From assembly GCA_964035545.1 (NCBI GenBank), contig OZ037772.1:4902233-4966232 (forward strand): a DNA stretch of 64,000 nt, read 5' to 3'. Below are positions 11,220 to 25,317 of the stretch, piece by piece. How positions within the stretch are numbered: the stretch's first letter is position 1; each line of letters begins with the position of its first letter. Position numbers and translations under genes: made by a program. The DNA is from Bugula neritina. Its lineage: Eukaryota; Animalia; Bryozoa. The notes under the pieces were generated by a model. It saw nothing but the letters and a program-made list of their open reading frames with translations, made no database searches and was not told the origin of the DNA.

Positions 11220-11432
11220 TACCATGGCCCACACCTTCGCAATAGTAAAACTTATAGTTTTACTAAAGCATATTTAAAAGGTGTGTAAACTCAAGCCAGA
11301 GTGCTCAAGTAACTCTAGGAGTCACCTAGGAGTCACGAGCATTGCAAAATGCTAGCAGGTTGAGTTTGTGACCATGGTGAGAGTGCTTAATCATTTAATG
11401 TCATTGCTGAGCATTAAATGAGAGCCTAATAT

Positions 11433-11490
11433 CTCAATCTGTGGACAGCAGCTGTTTCGGGATTTGTCCCCTCATCAGCACAGAACAGAG
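11433..11490 (-). ncRNA. Retrozyme HHR copy 3
   Basis: UCUGUG-CUGAUGA-GGGG(ACAAA)UCCC-GAAA-CAG(CUG)CUG-UC^-CACAGA. Confidence 0.9.
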
Positions 11491-11510
11491 TATATATATA
11501 TCTAAATATA

Positions 11511-12333
<823 letters not shown>

Positions 12334-12553
12334 TATGCCAGTTTTACCAACACTCTGTAGGACTTGAATAGTAAAACTTTGAATCTGTAACAGATCTGCA
12401 ATCAAACAGTCTGGATACAGATTGTTGGAATTTGAACAAAAGATGATAATGATATAATCTAAACTATTGACTGTATCAAGCAAGCCGATAACATTGTTTA
12501 TCCTGTTTTGGGTTTTTTGAACTTATGATAAAACAGCGTTCTACTGTCATTGC

Positions 12554-14632
12554 TGTCTTGTCTTGTCTTGTCTTGTCTTGATTTAGTTCCAAGACCCCAG
12601 ATAGGGGAAAGGTGGAACTATCGGATGTTCAGGTCTTTTTTTATTAGTCTGCTAGTGTTTCTCCCGTGCGTAGTTCACGGGCTGTTCTAATGAGGAAGCT
12701 ATGCAGGAACTTATTAGTATTACAGGATATTGAATTAAAAAAGTTACTGTCCCCAATATTGGTATTACGGAGAGATTTCATGGAGTTAAGAGTGTTAATT
12801 AGGTTAGGGAAGAAGGCTTCATGCTGCAACACTTTGAAGAATAGCGTGAATCTGTGTTCTTGTCTGGATTTATTTAAAGCCTTTAAGTTTAACTCTGCCT
12901 TGGATTCGGTCACTGAGACATCCCAGCCTTTTAAGTTTTTTACAAAATGTACTGCCTTGTTTTGAACTTTCTCTAGATTGTTGCTTAGCATGAGATGTGC
13001 AGGATCCCAAATTTGCAGGCCTACTCTAGAAGCGGTCTACACAGGGTAGTGTATGCTATGAGCTTAACTTTAACTGGAGCATCATAGAGTACATTTTTGA
13101 TTAATCCTAAAATACGCATTGCTTTATTGACTACTGAGTTTATGTGATAATCCCACTTTAGATCAGGTACCAAATAGATTCCTAGGTATTTTACACAGCT
13201 ACTTTGTACTAATTGTTCGTTGCTCAAATAATAAGTGTGCGTCATAGGTTTAGGGCTTTTATCAAACACAATAATGTTGCCTTTTGTTGCATTTAATTTC
13301 ATGGAATTTTTAATACTCCAGTTGTGTAGAGCGTTAAGGTCATTTTGCAAATTTTCCTTGTCTTCGTCTTTAGATATATGCGTATATGGTATAGTGTCAT
13401 TCGCGAAGAGCCTTACAGCGCAGTATTTTACACATTTAGCGATGTCATTAATGAAAAGTGTGAAAAGTGCAGGCCCTAAAACGCAACCTTGAAGGACACC
13501 TGAAGTAACAGCTACAGCATCAGATTTGTGGCCTTTAATCACCACTCTCTGAAAACGACTGGTTAGAAACGAGGATATCCATTTTACTAAAAGAGGATTT
13601 ACTTTGTACTCAATAAGTTTCTGAATCAACAGATGATTGGGAACTAAATCAAAGGCCTTAGAGAAATCTAGCACTGCCGCATGTGTAGCCATTCCATTGT
13701 CCATATTACTCAATATGTCATGTGTTAGGCAGGCCAATTGAGTTGTGCAAGACAGGCGACTTCTAAAACCATGCTGGTTTATGGACAGGATCTCATTCAA
13801 TTTGTTTTGCATAAGGTGAAGTATAATGTGCTCCATCATTTTACAGACTATTGATGTTAAGGATATTGGTCTATAGTTAGAGGGTAACTCACGATTTCCT
13901 TGTTTGAATATTGGTGTGACATGAGCCAGCTTCCACTCTGATGGAAGTGTACTTGTTGTTAATGTATAGTTGTAGATGGAAGCTAATAGGGAAGAAATAA
14001 TTTCAGGGGAGAGCAGTAGCTTTTGTTTGCTAATAGAGTCTGGCCCTGGAGCTTTACCATTTTTGAGAGACTTAATCAATTTTAACACACCTTCAGAAGT
14101 TACTAATATGTTATCTGCATCAGTTGGAGCCGGAGCTTCTGGGAGCACACATGCTGGTGTAAAAACACTGTGAAAATACAACTTCAAAGTATTAGCAATG
14201 TCACATAAATCATTAGAGCTGGTCTTTTCACTAATTTGAATGCTTGAAATACTGTTATTGTTGCCTTTAATTTCTTTAACATATCTGTAAAAAGGTTTCG
14301 AGTCTCCATTTGCCAATGGGTAGTATAACTTTTCACACATGAAGTCTTTTTTGAGTATTTTAAATAGTTTTTTGTTTTCACGCCTTAGTTTTTTGTATTT
14401 GTCAAATAAAACAGAATCACCTGTGAGCTTGTATCGTGAGTAAAGTTTTCTTTGCTTGTTGCAAGCTCTTTGAGCATCTTTATTAAACCAAACAGGTTGA
14501 AAATGTTTTCTAGGTTTAAATTGCTTTTTAGGTACATGGTTAGTTATTGCCGAATGTAATCCATTTCTAAATGTAGACCAAACAGTATCAATGGGCTGTA
14601 CATCGTTCATTAGAGAGTTCACTTCTGAGAGC
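12554..14632 (-). mobile_element. 5'-truncated non-LTR retrotransposon (CR1/L2-group LINE) with a 3' stem-loop and (CAAGA)5 tail
   Basis: RT motifs [45 protein letters not shown] and KYLG are present. The C-terminus continues in ORF 12644..12991 after a stop and frameshift. (TCTTG)5 at 12556-12580; hairpin at 12584-12620. Confidence 0.92.
12644..14632 (-). pseudogene. LINE ORF2 reverse transcriptase (disrupted)
   Basis: The catalytic YxDD reads FAND, there is a premature TAG at 13021-13023 followed by a frameshift, and no endonuclease domain is present (truncated at the TA run). Confidence 0.88.
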
Positions 14633-14818
<186 letters not shown>

Positions 14819-15163
14819 GAAAATTTTGAGTATTATAGAAATAATAATATCACTTGAATATTTATATAGTCATGTTGTATAATATATATTATACTATTAT
14901 ATATATAGTCATGTTGGATAGTATATTACAGTATTAAATTATAGTCATATTGTATATATTATATACTCTATTTAGTATAGTATATAACAGTACTATATAG
15001 TTAATGTAAGTGAATCATGCAAGTGTATAATATATTATATGGCATTGTTATATATATAGTCATGCTAGTATATCATGCAAGTGTATTTAAGGTTGGAGTT
15101 TGAACTGTACTCAGCTATAATAAACCACCTGTTATCAGCTAATGTAAACATTACTTAGAATAT

Positions 15164-15623
15164 GAAGACCTCAAAGGAAAAATGGCATATGTCCAATTTT
15201 GCGAATTTTCACAAATTGAAAATTAAAGTTTGGAAATTTGCAACTGCTATCGATATGAATCAATTCTAACCAAATTTGATATTATGGTTTTTGAACATGT
15301 TTCAAACAACTAGACAAAAAAAAATTTGACCAAGTTTACATAAAATACACAATTTGCTAGTCTAAAAATATTTCACATGCGCACCGTCATTGGTCAATTG
15401 TTATCACATGACTGGACATAAGTTATTTTTCTTTTGTGATGACTGGACATAGGTCTTTGTTGCTTTGGGGTGGGTTTCAAATCCAGCCTTGAAACCATGG
15501 ACAAAATTTGTTTTTCTCTTTGATAATTTTATGACTAAAACTTTAATACTTGAGCTATCCAAGGGAAGAAAAATCTCATTTTTTTTGAAAATGGACAAAT
15601 GTCGTTTTTCTTTTGAGGTCTTC
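15164..15623. mobile_element. Non-autonomous DNA transposon (MITE) with ~37 bp imperfect TIRs and an ATAT (or TA) TSD
   Basis: GAAGACCTCAAAGGAAAAATGGCATATGTCCA ... TGGACAAATGTCGTTTTTCTTTTGAGGTCTTC, with ATAT on both sides. A near-identical copy lies at 47355-47813. Confidence 0.88.
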
Positions 15624-16007
15624 ATATACTTTGATAAGATGACCTTTACTATACTCTGTTACTGTGTAGTTACAGTATACACAGTGACACACACAGGCAC
15701 ACTGCAGTAGCAGGTAGGTGGGGCTATGGTTGAATTCCTAAACATTATATTATATAATAGTATATATTATATCATGTTATATGTTATATATAGCATTTAG
15801 AATTGTTGTATTTCTAAGTTGTTATAATATGAAGAAGACTGATTAAAATATGTACAAAACAGTTTTCTAAACATTGAATGGTATAGTATTAAGAAAATCA
15901 CTATATACACATGTATATGTTTTGTGAATTCACCAGAATATTTAAAATAATGACATGAATGGGTTTACATCACCATTAACTCTTATATACCAGCTTATAA
16001 CCAAGTC

Positions 16008-16143
16008 TATAGACACACAGACAAACTATTTACTGTAGGCACACAGACAGACTATTTACTGTATAGACACACAGACAGACTATTTACTGTAGACACACAG
16101 ACAGACAGCTTACTGTAGACACACAGACAGACTACTTACTGTA
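16008..16143. repeat. Minisatellite, ~24-26 bp unit, about 5 copies
   Basis: tagacacacagacagactatttactg repeated. Confidence 0.85.
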
Positions 16144-18550
16144 TCATTGATACCTGAAATATTTCATTTACCTTCTCTAATTGTAGATCATCTAATAATG
16201 GAAACACAAAAATAGAACATCTTCAACTGCTACAGATAAAAGTCAACATTAAAAGAAATGGGAAAAAACTAGAAATGAGTCAAGACTCATCTACAGGTAT
16301 TCCACCATGATTATAGGTTTCTCTTTCCTTTATATATATTGCGGTGTTCACTGAACATGTAAAAAACAGTATATCTATTATCCTATACCACTATAAAAGT
16401 CGTAGAGAACTTCGGGTCAATCAGTGGTAATGGGATTTGTATTACATTATATAGATTTCGTCAACGATCCTAGCCTAATGAGGCGCAATTGAAATAAGTA
16501 ATTGATTGGCTGGAGGTACAACCAGTTCAACTTCATTGGTTAGGCAACGATCGTAGCAACTAAAACAAGTGGTGGATACAGTTAGGGTTGACATTAAAAC
16601 ACGGCAATTTCTAGCAGTAATTTGCATTCTAAATCAATTTTTTCATGCAAAAGGTTTTAGAAGCTAGGAGTTATGAGAAAGAATAATATAATGTAATAAT
16701 TTTGATTGAAAAGTTTTAACAAATGCAGGTCTGAATTTTTATTTAAATCCGCTCCTTTTAGACTTTGTTCTGAACAAAGGATATTAAATACTGTAGCTAT
16801 TAGATAAGAATTTAGTCTTGTAAGTATTTTGAAAGCATAATTGTCTTCTCACTCAATTTCAGCTCATATTATAAATTTATCAATCTTCATTATAAAGACA
16901 TAATTGTCTTCTCATTAAATAATAGTCTATTACAACTTTATTGCTACCATAATATAATATCATTTTGTAAAATGTTTTTATTTTCATAGCATTTTTTGCT
17001 TAGTATTATAAAATTTTATGCTGCATTGTATATAGCCTACATATGCATATAATGAGCTGCATGTAGTAGACGAAAAGAAATATCGCAATTATATAAAAGA
17101 TGTAGAAATTATTTGTAGAATATAAACAAATGCAAAATAATTTAACAAACATATAACTTTACGAACCTCAGCATTTAAATTTAGTTTGCGGCAAGAATAA
17201 TTTTTTGCTTGTAAAAAATTAAGTAAAAGATACCAACAATTTTGTTTCTTGTTTTTAATGTTATATTTGTTAACATTGTAGATGTGCCTGTATTACACTA
17301 TATTGAGTTCTGATTATTTTGGTTTAACATTGTAAATAACATATTGTGCAGTATATACAAAATGAGCACATATATAAAACATATACTCATAGTGAAAGTA
17401 TAAGTTCTAATTTTTTTTGCAAATTCATGCATATACTATTTGAAATATATGCATACAACTTGGTGTTTCTGATTTGTACATGAACAATTTTATTGCTAAA
17501 TGCTAAGTAATTATTTAAATTTTTCTACAACAAATTCGTCGACATGTTTTATATACCATCTTTTAGCAAACACTTGCAACACTCCTATGCAATTACATAT
17601 AACTGTAGCTATAGTAAGCTGTTCATAAAATAGCAACTATTATGAGTGCTGCATTTTTACACACACACTCACACACGCACACACACATGAAGAAAAGCAA
17701 GCATATAGTTTACTGTCATGAGTTACTTGCAAAAATAAGTTGAAATATATGTTGAAGACTTCATACATTAATACAAATGGTATACTCTCAGACAGAGGAG
17801 CGATTTAGTGCACATGCTCTTAGGAGTTGCATTATCACCTTCTTTCTTGGTGTCATCAAAAATATGGCATTGAAAGAAGACAATCACTGCTTTGTGGTTT
17901 ACATATTTGTATTCCTTTTAAAACGTAGTTGAAAAATATATATACATATTTTCTAACTTGAAAAAATGCTCTATGTAGCTGCTTATATTTTAAAAGAAAT
18001 TTTAGGTAGCAAAAGTAAGGAATTTTTGACATATTTACTGCAGGGGTGTGATAAACAAATGGACATAACATGCTTGTTTTAAAGCTAAAATATGATGTAA
18101 CAGAATTAAAATATATATATATATGCCTATATACATAATGAATGTCATTTCACTATATAACAAGAAGAAATAGGCTGCTATTTTTACACTTCTGTGCAGT
18201 AATTTAAAAGTTTTGATAGCTTAACCTTCTTCATCTGGATAACAAATTTTAGCGTGGGGTGCGGTTAATAAAAATGTAATCACAAGAACATGTACATAAC
18301 TTAATTTCTCCATTATTGCACCAACTATCAATATTTACTTAATAACTAAACCCTATATTTAGCCCAGTGTTCAGTATCTAACTAATATGTATGTACTATA
18401 TACACTGTCCACCTGTTGAGTGTTATTTAAAAAGTGAAAGAAATTCTACAACTATAGTCATATTTGACCCATCACTATTATTACACATATCAATGTGTAA
18501 AATTAGTAAAAATAATTTAGTGGAAGTATTTGACAAGAATGCAAGATTGC

Positions 18551-18635
18551 AAAAAATTTAGCTGACTGCGAGGATTGAACCCATACCCAACGAGTGCAAA
18601 GGAAACGCGGTTTACCACGAAGCCAATGCATCATC
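18551..18635 (-). other. tRNA-like head (SINE or tRNA pseudogene)
   Basis: Minus strand has A-box TGGCTTCGTGG and B-box GGTTCAATCC followed by T6. The acceptor stem does not pair. Confidence 0.45.
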
Positions 18636-20631
18636 TTAGGAAGAATGCCAATACATAAGGGATTATACTATAATGATATAAACAACAGCTAGAAAAATGA
18701 GTGGGTTATATTCCATCAGGGTGTTTACTAGCAGTGGATTGCCATCTTGTTTTAAAATTGGCCTATGACTCTGTTGCTACTTGCAAAGGTATCTTGATTA
18801 AATAAACCAACGGTTAAAAATAAACTGTAGTTTGTATATTATTACTAAGGCACAGCCAGCGGTCAGAGCTATGGTATATAAATATACACTGATGTACTAG
18901 GACCTAGGTAATAGATTGACAAGTCAAATTATCTTTTATAGGTAAACACACTTTGGTTTGAGAAAACATGCATGCAGCCTTAATTTTAGGTTTACGTCCG
19001 CAAATCATGAAAAGATCTAAACTAATATTAGAGGTAAATTTTAAAAATTAAATTAGTTTTACTTATTTTTACAATAACAAATTTTTTGGAGAAAATAAGT
19101 TGCTTCCTTTTTGTTGCAATGATATTCAACTTGCTTGAGCTATGGCCATCAGTGATGAAATTTGAAACCCTGATTGTTTTGAGATAACTTTGTGACTTGT
19201 TATACATTTTTGCATATCTTTACCAACATATTACTTGATTCATGATAGTTTTCACATTGCAATTTATGGCATCAGTTGAGACTTGCACTCTGACAAAATA
19301 TTACCAAAGCCAAACATATGGCCACACTACAGTGAAAGCTGGTTGGTTATATTAATTGTGGCTGCACTAGTCATGGTCCTAGCAGTTGGCCTACCATGGT
19401 ATTGCCAGGTGCGAGCAAGCTTACAAGCATTTATATAGCTATAGCTAAACTGATAAGCTTACAAAACATGTTGGCTAACATTATGCAGTTCACAATAGGC
19501 ATATGGAAAACAAAGATGGTCAAAGGGTAATGATATTGTGGTTGACATAATATGTTAACTATAAATAGTTCACGAATGCAGTTCCATTAGGCCTACTGGA
19601 TTACCACTTATTTGCACTAACAGAATGTGTTACAAACGGGCCAGCAGGCAACTAAACCGTGTAATGCACAACTATTGACGTTATGCTATGTCATTATGCT
19701 CTGAAGTACGTTCTGTCATGGCTGAAAGTCACACTACTCTACACTTGCAGTAGCAATTCGTTTACTACTTCCATCACCAACACTTGCATTTTTATAGGGG
19801 CCAAATTCCTGTACCAAATGGTGTGCTATTCTTTCAAAACAGAGTACTATAAATATTATTTTGCTCATAGATTTTAGCAGACAAAGAATTTATACTAAAG
19901 ACTACCCTATAGAAATTCTATTTAAGAAAAAACTTCAATCCTAAAATACTACCTATTGACTTATACAGCTGAACAGAAAAAGAAGTAACCGCAGTTCGAG
20001 TATTTAGCATATCTGAGCCACAATTCAAAAATAAATAGAAGCATAGCACATGTGCATAGTTAATATCATATTATAATAGTTCATATAGTTTGTTTGCCTT
20101 TGACAGCATATTGAATATAATTTCTCTACTTGGCTGTAGGTAAGCCCTGCAGTTTTTGTTTTTATCTTAATTTACAATGAAAGAATAACTTGAAAAATGC
20201 AACCAAAAACTTATTATTGAAAAAAGGCTTTTAACTACTCTGCTAACTATGGCTTTTAATTGTCAATAAATGACCCTTTTAATCTAACTATTGCATGGTG
20301 CTGAGACGACTGATAATTATGTGTAAAAATGTGTGCAGGTGGGATTAATTAGCTGAGAAACTTTATTAACCTAAGCTCTTAAACTACAAGAGCGTTGATT
20401 AGGGGTGCATGGTAAAACGAAAGTTATTTCACTGCTTTTCCTCTATAAAACTGAAGCCTTTCCAAATATATTTTTATTGCACCAGCTGGTACAATCTAAA
20501 AATAAAATCAAGCTGAACAATCAAATTAAAAGAATAGGCGTTTTATATCTTAACTTGTTGAAATGGTGCAGTAAAATTTGTTTGTTGCCTTTTAGGTAAA
20601 TATTCACCAGGGCTGACATTGACTTCTTTAT

Positions 20632-20792
20632 CACTGCGTTTCCATGACTTCGCATAATGCGAATGAATTCTGTACGGATTATTTGCGGTTTGTGGTTTGC
20701 ATTAACTTATAGTTGCGTTTCATCGGATGTAACTGTTCCCATTAGCCGAATGAAAAAATCCATTCGCATAATGCGATAATGGAAACGCAGTG
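20632..20792. mobile_element. Small MITE with 14 bp perfect TIRs
   Basis: CACTGCGTTTCCAT ... ATGGAAACGCAGTG, with subterminal tcgcataatgcga palindromes at both ends. Confidence 0.75.
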
Positions 20793-21402
20793 TACTTCGC
20801 TTCTATGACTGAGCATTTTGTGAATTTGTAGTTGCAGTAACTCATCAGTTGTGGTTTCCTTCGTTATGTAATTAGTTCCATGAGGTGATGAGAAATCCAT
20901 TTCGGAATGAGAATGATGAATTGCAGTGCATGTAGGCTGCAGCTTCCAATTTTCTTAAATCAACCATTAGGCTATGTGTACAAAAAAAGGCAAAATACTT
21001 TGCTGTGGCCAACAGTCTGAAAAATACCAGCTAGCACTGAATAAAGCACAATAAGTATAGCTTATTTGCAATGCAATGTTGAGTTTTAGAAAGGTCTCAA
21101 GTTAGTGTTATTTTCTCACCACTCATGTGGAAAATTTACCAATACTCCCTATTGCTAAGACTTTGTGCTATGCATCTAATTACTAAGGTGTGAGTTTTTA
21201 GAACCAATACTAGAATGTAACTCCTTGCGATTATGTGGGAGAGAGATGACATATTTGTTGTCAGTCAATATATATTGTAGGCTTGCCTATTACAGAGCTC
21301 AAGCCTAGCTCTTTACAATAAAAAGTACAAAGGTATGAAAGAACAATAGTATGACAACAGAACCATGCGGTATCGTAACAATCAGGATGCAAATCATCTT
21401 GA

Positions 21403-24400
21403 TTATATAGCTAGATGCTTTTCTTCTCTAACGTAGATGTTCTTGTCAATAGTGAAGCTGCACTTAAACTCAAATGGCCACTTTCTTTTAGACCTGTAAA
21501 AGCAAAATATATTTCAACAGTCAAACTAAATAAGTTGAGGCGATGGTTTCATTGAAGTGACACATAGCAACAGAGTATGCAAAACAGGGGTAGAAAAAGA
21601 AATAGGGTAAGGCTCCATCAAGAAGACGCCAACAAAATTGAAAATGCTGATATAAAATGTGCATTTGACTGACAATGTCTTTTGGCAATAAATTATGACT
21701 GCAGACAGCCCCTAGTTCTTAGTACCTAGAGGATCAATTAGGTTTCATGGAGATGAGTTGTGCTACATAAGCAATGAGGGTAACTAGTCAATATTCTGAA
21801 TGCCCACTGCTCCGAAGGTCCATTAGTCCGAAAATTAGTACACACAGGCATCCTCAATGAGAATATCATTAATTTCACTCACAATTCAGTTTAAGTTCTA
21901 GCTATGTTATTGCTCTGTGGGTGGCATGTGTGTTGCCTACTTGCTACATCATCTATCAACATGATTATGCGTACGGTACATTATTAATTACAGGCTTGCG
22001 AGGTGACAGGCTAATGAATAGCTTGGTGTGTACTTTGTTTATGGAGCAGCCATAATGGAATGTTGATAAACGATACAGCCCTTATTGATCATAGTGTAAT
22101 CTCAGGCTAAACAATCACAAATAGGCAACACGCATGCCACCCACAGATCAATAATATAGCAAGAACTTAAACTGAATTGTGAGTGATATTAATGATATTC
22201 TCAGTGAGGATGCCTGTGTGTACTAATTTTCGGACTAATGGACCTTCGGAGCAATGGGCCTTCGGAATATTGCTTCGTTCCCAGAAATGAAGGGATCTGA
22301 GACAGGGCGGCAGTAAATGCAGTAACTATATTTGTGGGAAAGAGAAGGCTGGAATAATATGGGCACCTATGCAGCAGAGAACAATAAAACAAGAAGGGAA
22401 TCAGCTACATCAGTGTGAAACTCCAGAAAAAGGGAGCAAGACCAAAACATTTAAACATGGGGGTTAAAAATCAAAAGAGATCATAGATTAGTGCAGAACA
22501 CTGCGACCTAAAAGAATACAGTGAAGAATAGGAGGATGGCAAAATTAAGTAAAACAATGAGTATGAGAGTGACACCACTTGTGAAGCCGAAGTTCTATTT
22601 CTTTTAATTAATTGGTGAAAAAATATAATAGCAACTTTTATGACAGTCTTGTAGATTGGCTGTGTGATGAGGTGACTTGAATACAGCAGCCATGAGTAAA
22701 ACCTGGCTGCAAATTAAAGCAGAAGGTGAACATTTTATGTATAATATAAGAGATATATTCAAAAATTGAAATTACCATAAAAACTGTAGTCCTTGTCTGA
22801 TAGTCAAAATAAATTGGCTGCCATCCATAATTTCATCATTCATAATTTCATCTTGATTACACTGCAAAACAAAATGAAGTATTTTGTTGATCACATGTAT
22901 GAGTTTGAAATGAACTATGGTAACAAATATTAACATAATATTTCCTTGCATTTAGTGCATTTTTTAGTTAAGTAACTAGTCTGAATACTTCACATTGCAG
23001 TTTAATTTTCTAAACCAAACATACATTGATGAGCCTGAACTGAACAAGTGTTAGGTCAGCTTGACTAAAATATAACCATAAATACCATCAATATAAATTA
23101 GGGGTTTGTTGATTAAAATATAGTAAAGTAACAGAGTAAAATTAAAACAACCCTGAACAATAGCGTAGTAAAAGTGTACATTCAGGACTCCACACTTGAG
23201 GAGTATAGGAGAATGACAAAAATCAAGTTCAACCATATGAAAAACTAGGAAACATACTGACATCATGTCCAAATATTCTTCCAACTGTCAAACATTTTAA
23301 ACACTTAAGAAGAAAAATACCTCAAAATTGTGTGCATTATTTTTAGGTCTTCAAAGTTAATGCTTGTTCATGAAGATAAAGAAAAAAACTGAGAAACTGA
23401 TTATTCATGTAAAAGTAAATGTAATAATTTGACTATGTTCTGTAGTAAAAAAATTATGATGACTTCTTTTTCTAATATGTGTAAAGAGATAATATACTAG
23501 GTAAGCAATGCAGGGCTTTTTAATCATTTAAATTTGTGCTCAAAGTATATTATATTACCACTAAGCCTTAAGATATGCAATTTATTTTTAGATCATCTGT
23601 TATCATAATAGACTTTTAATTTTGTACAAATGATTTACCTGGACAAGCAAAACAAAGTCTTTCCATTACATCTTCTATGTCAGCATTTTTCAGCTTCACC
23701 ACAACAGCCATCGAGTAGTTCATTTTAAACTAAAAAGAAATAATTAATTTAGGAAATACAATGATTGCCTATGTAAAAAGTGACAATGTATGCACGTATG
23801 GCATCTGAAGCCACATTTAACTAACTATTCAACTTGCTAATATCATTTTTAAATACGTTTTTGAAAATGGAATTAAGACAGTTATGAAAAAAAATTGATA
23901 ACAATAAGAATATATGTTGAATTAGGTAATCATAGGTAGCAACTATAATAATCATAGTGAAAGAAATAATTTCGAAGGGTGATGAAGTAATTCAACAGAA
24001 TAAAAACTATGATGCGACTTTTAATTGTCACAATAAGAACTTTGGACAAAAAAAAACTTTCAGGCTTTGAGTTATATATAAATAAAACCCTTTGGAATTT
24101 TTTGAAAAATAGTCTTACGAGACATAATAATACATAGTTAAGTTTTAGATTTTTACAACACACTATGACTCATAATTAGTTAATAAAATATTCTTTTGTA
24201 ACTGCATAGTGCATATAACATCTATTTGAATCAATTTGATGGAGTTTGTGAAATTTCTTGTTTGAAAATTACAAAAACTGGCGGCATGTTCGAGTTGTTG
24301 AAAATAGCAAAAAACAAGTAGTAAACAAAGTTAAATAACATTTGCAAAACCTTATACAATGTGCTGTTAAATGCTTGGACAGATACTATCTTGAATAAGA

Positions 24401-25317
24401 TTAATGCAAGCTTAAAAAAACTTTAAAGTTGAAAGGCATATATTTTGTTACCATCATAATTCATATGCTGTGTAATCAAGCCACATCTTGAGATATAAAT
24501 ATTTTTCTGCTCCGTGGTCTCTTCAGTACTTAGACCTATGCCTTGCCACACTCTACCACTGCACTTAGCCTTCAATCATAAATCACGATGACATGCAGTG
24601 TAAATGTTGCAGCTGTGGCCTGGTGAATAAGGATATTTTCCAACCACAATTTTTAACAAAACAAAACAAGTTCTCACCTAAAAAACTAGAAATCAAATAT
24701 AAAGAAAAATAATTGATTTTTAGTTTGATTATATGGTTTAAACCTGCATTTGCATAGGGGTAGTTGAAGTCTAAACATTCACCAGATTCGCATACATTAT
24801 TTTCAATATTTCATGTTACCTAAAACTAAAATATATCTAATACTAAAACATCTATTAAAGTGTAGTAACTGACATGTTCAAATGTGTGCCTTAGCGAACA
24901 TCACACTCAAAAAGTAATCGTGAGAGGAAACAAGCTTTGCTTGCATTTTAGAAGTCAAGAGAAGTACCGTCACCTTACATTGGTAGCAACAGATTGTGTA
25001 CCAAGAAATTGTTTCTAAAACTCCAAAAAAATATAATTAAAACGTTGAAGATTCTACAGGCAAAAAGTTCTGAATAGATTTTTATAAGCAGAGGACAAAT
25101 TAAATTTTGCAAATAATTTCAAGCACAAATAGTCACTAAACAAACTTTATATGCATATAAATAAAAGCCAGCAATACATTAATTAACTTACTTGCATTAT
25201 ATAAGGATAAGCACAGATCTCCCTCTCTCCATATCCAATGCCTTACATATAAGTGCCTGAAACCGTCTTTGCAGCTTTCCATTCAATTCCTCCACAGTGG
25301 TCACCAACTGAAATATT
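21403..25317 (-). other. Candidate exons of an unidentified minus-strand gene or pseudogene
   Basis: Open segments bounded by AG/GT: 25247-25317 (NISVGDHCGGIEWKAAKTVSGTY), 24979-25014, 23639-23729 (FKMNYSMAVVVKLKNADIEDVMERLCFACP), and a terminal candidate at 21403-21493 (SKRKWPFEFKCSFTIDKNIYVREEKHLAI*). No family recognised. Confidence 0.3.
21789..22272. mobile_element. Foldback MITE with ~150 bp inverted arms
   Basis: caatattctgaatgcccactgctccgaaggtccattagtccgaaaattagtacacacaggcatcctc...gttgccta is mirrored at about 22122-22272. Confidence 0.85.

Larger units (their letters stand above)
10911..11490 (-). mobile_element. Non-LTR retrozyme tandem array: two monomers (271 and 251 nt) bounded by three type I HHRs
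   Basis: The repeat unit starts aatctgtggacagcagctgtttcggg at 10914, 11165 and 11436. There is no real ORF, and the array is inserted in (TA)n. Confidence 0.88.

Noticed and set aside
10911-11490. CRISPR-like repeat-spacer array
   Set aside because: The 'spacers' are near-identical, the context is eukaryotic and no cas genes are present. It is a tandem retrozyme.
16188-16296. Possible plus-strand exon (SSNNGNTKIEHLQLLQIKV...) and nearby CCAAT/RFX-like motifs at 16500-16560
   Set aside because: It is isolated, with no recognised homology or partner exons.
18551-18635. Functional tRNA genes at 18.6, 3.7 and 62.1 kb
   Set aside because: A and B boxes are present, but the acceptor and anticodon stems do not pair. 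These are treated as SINE heads or pseudogenes.
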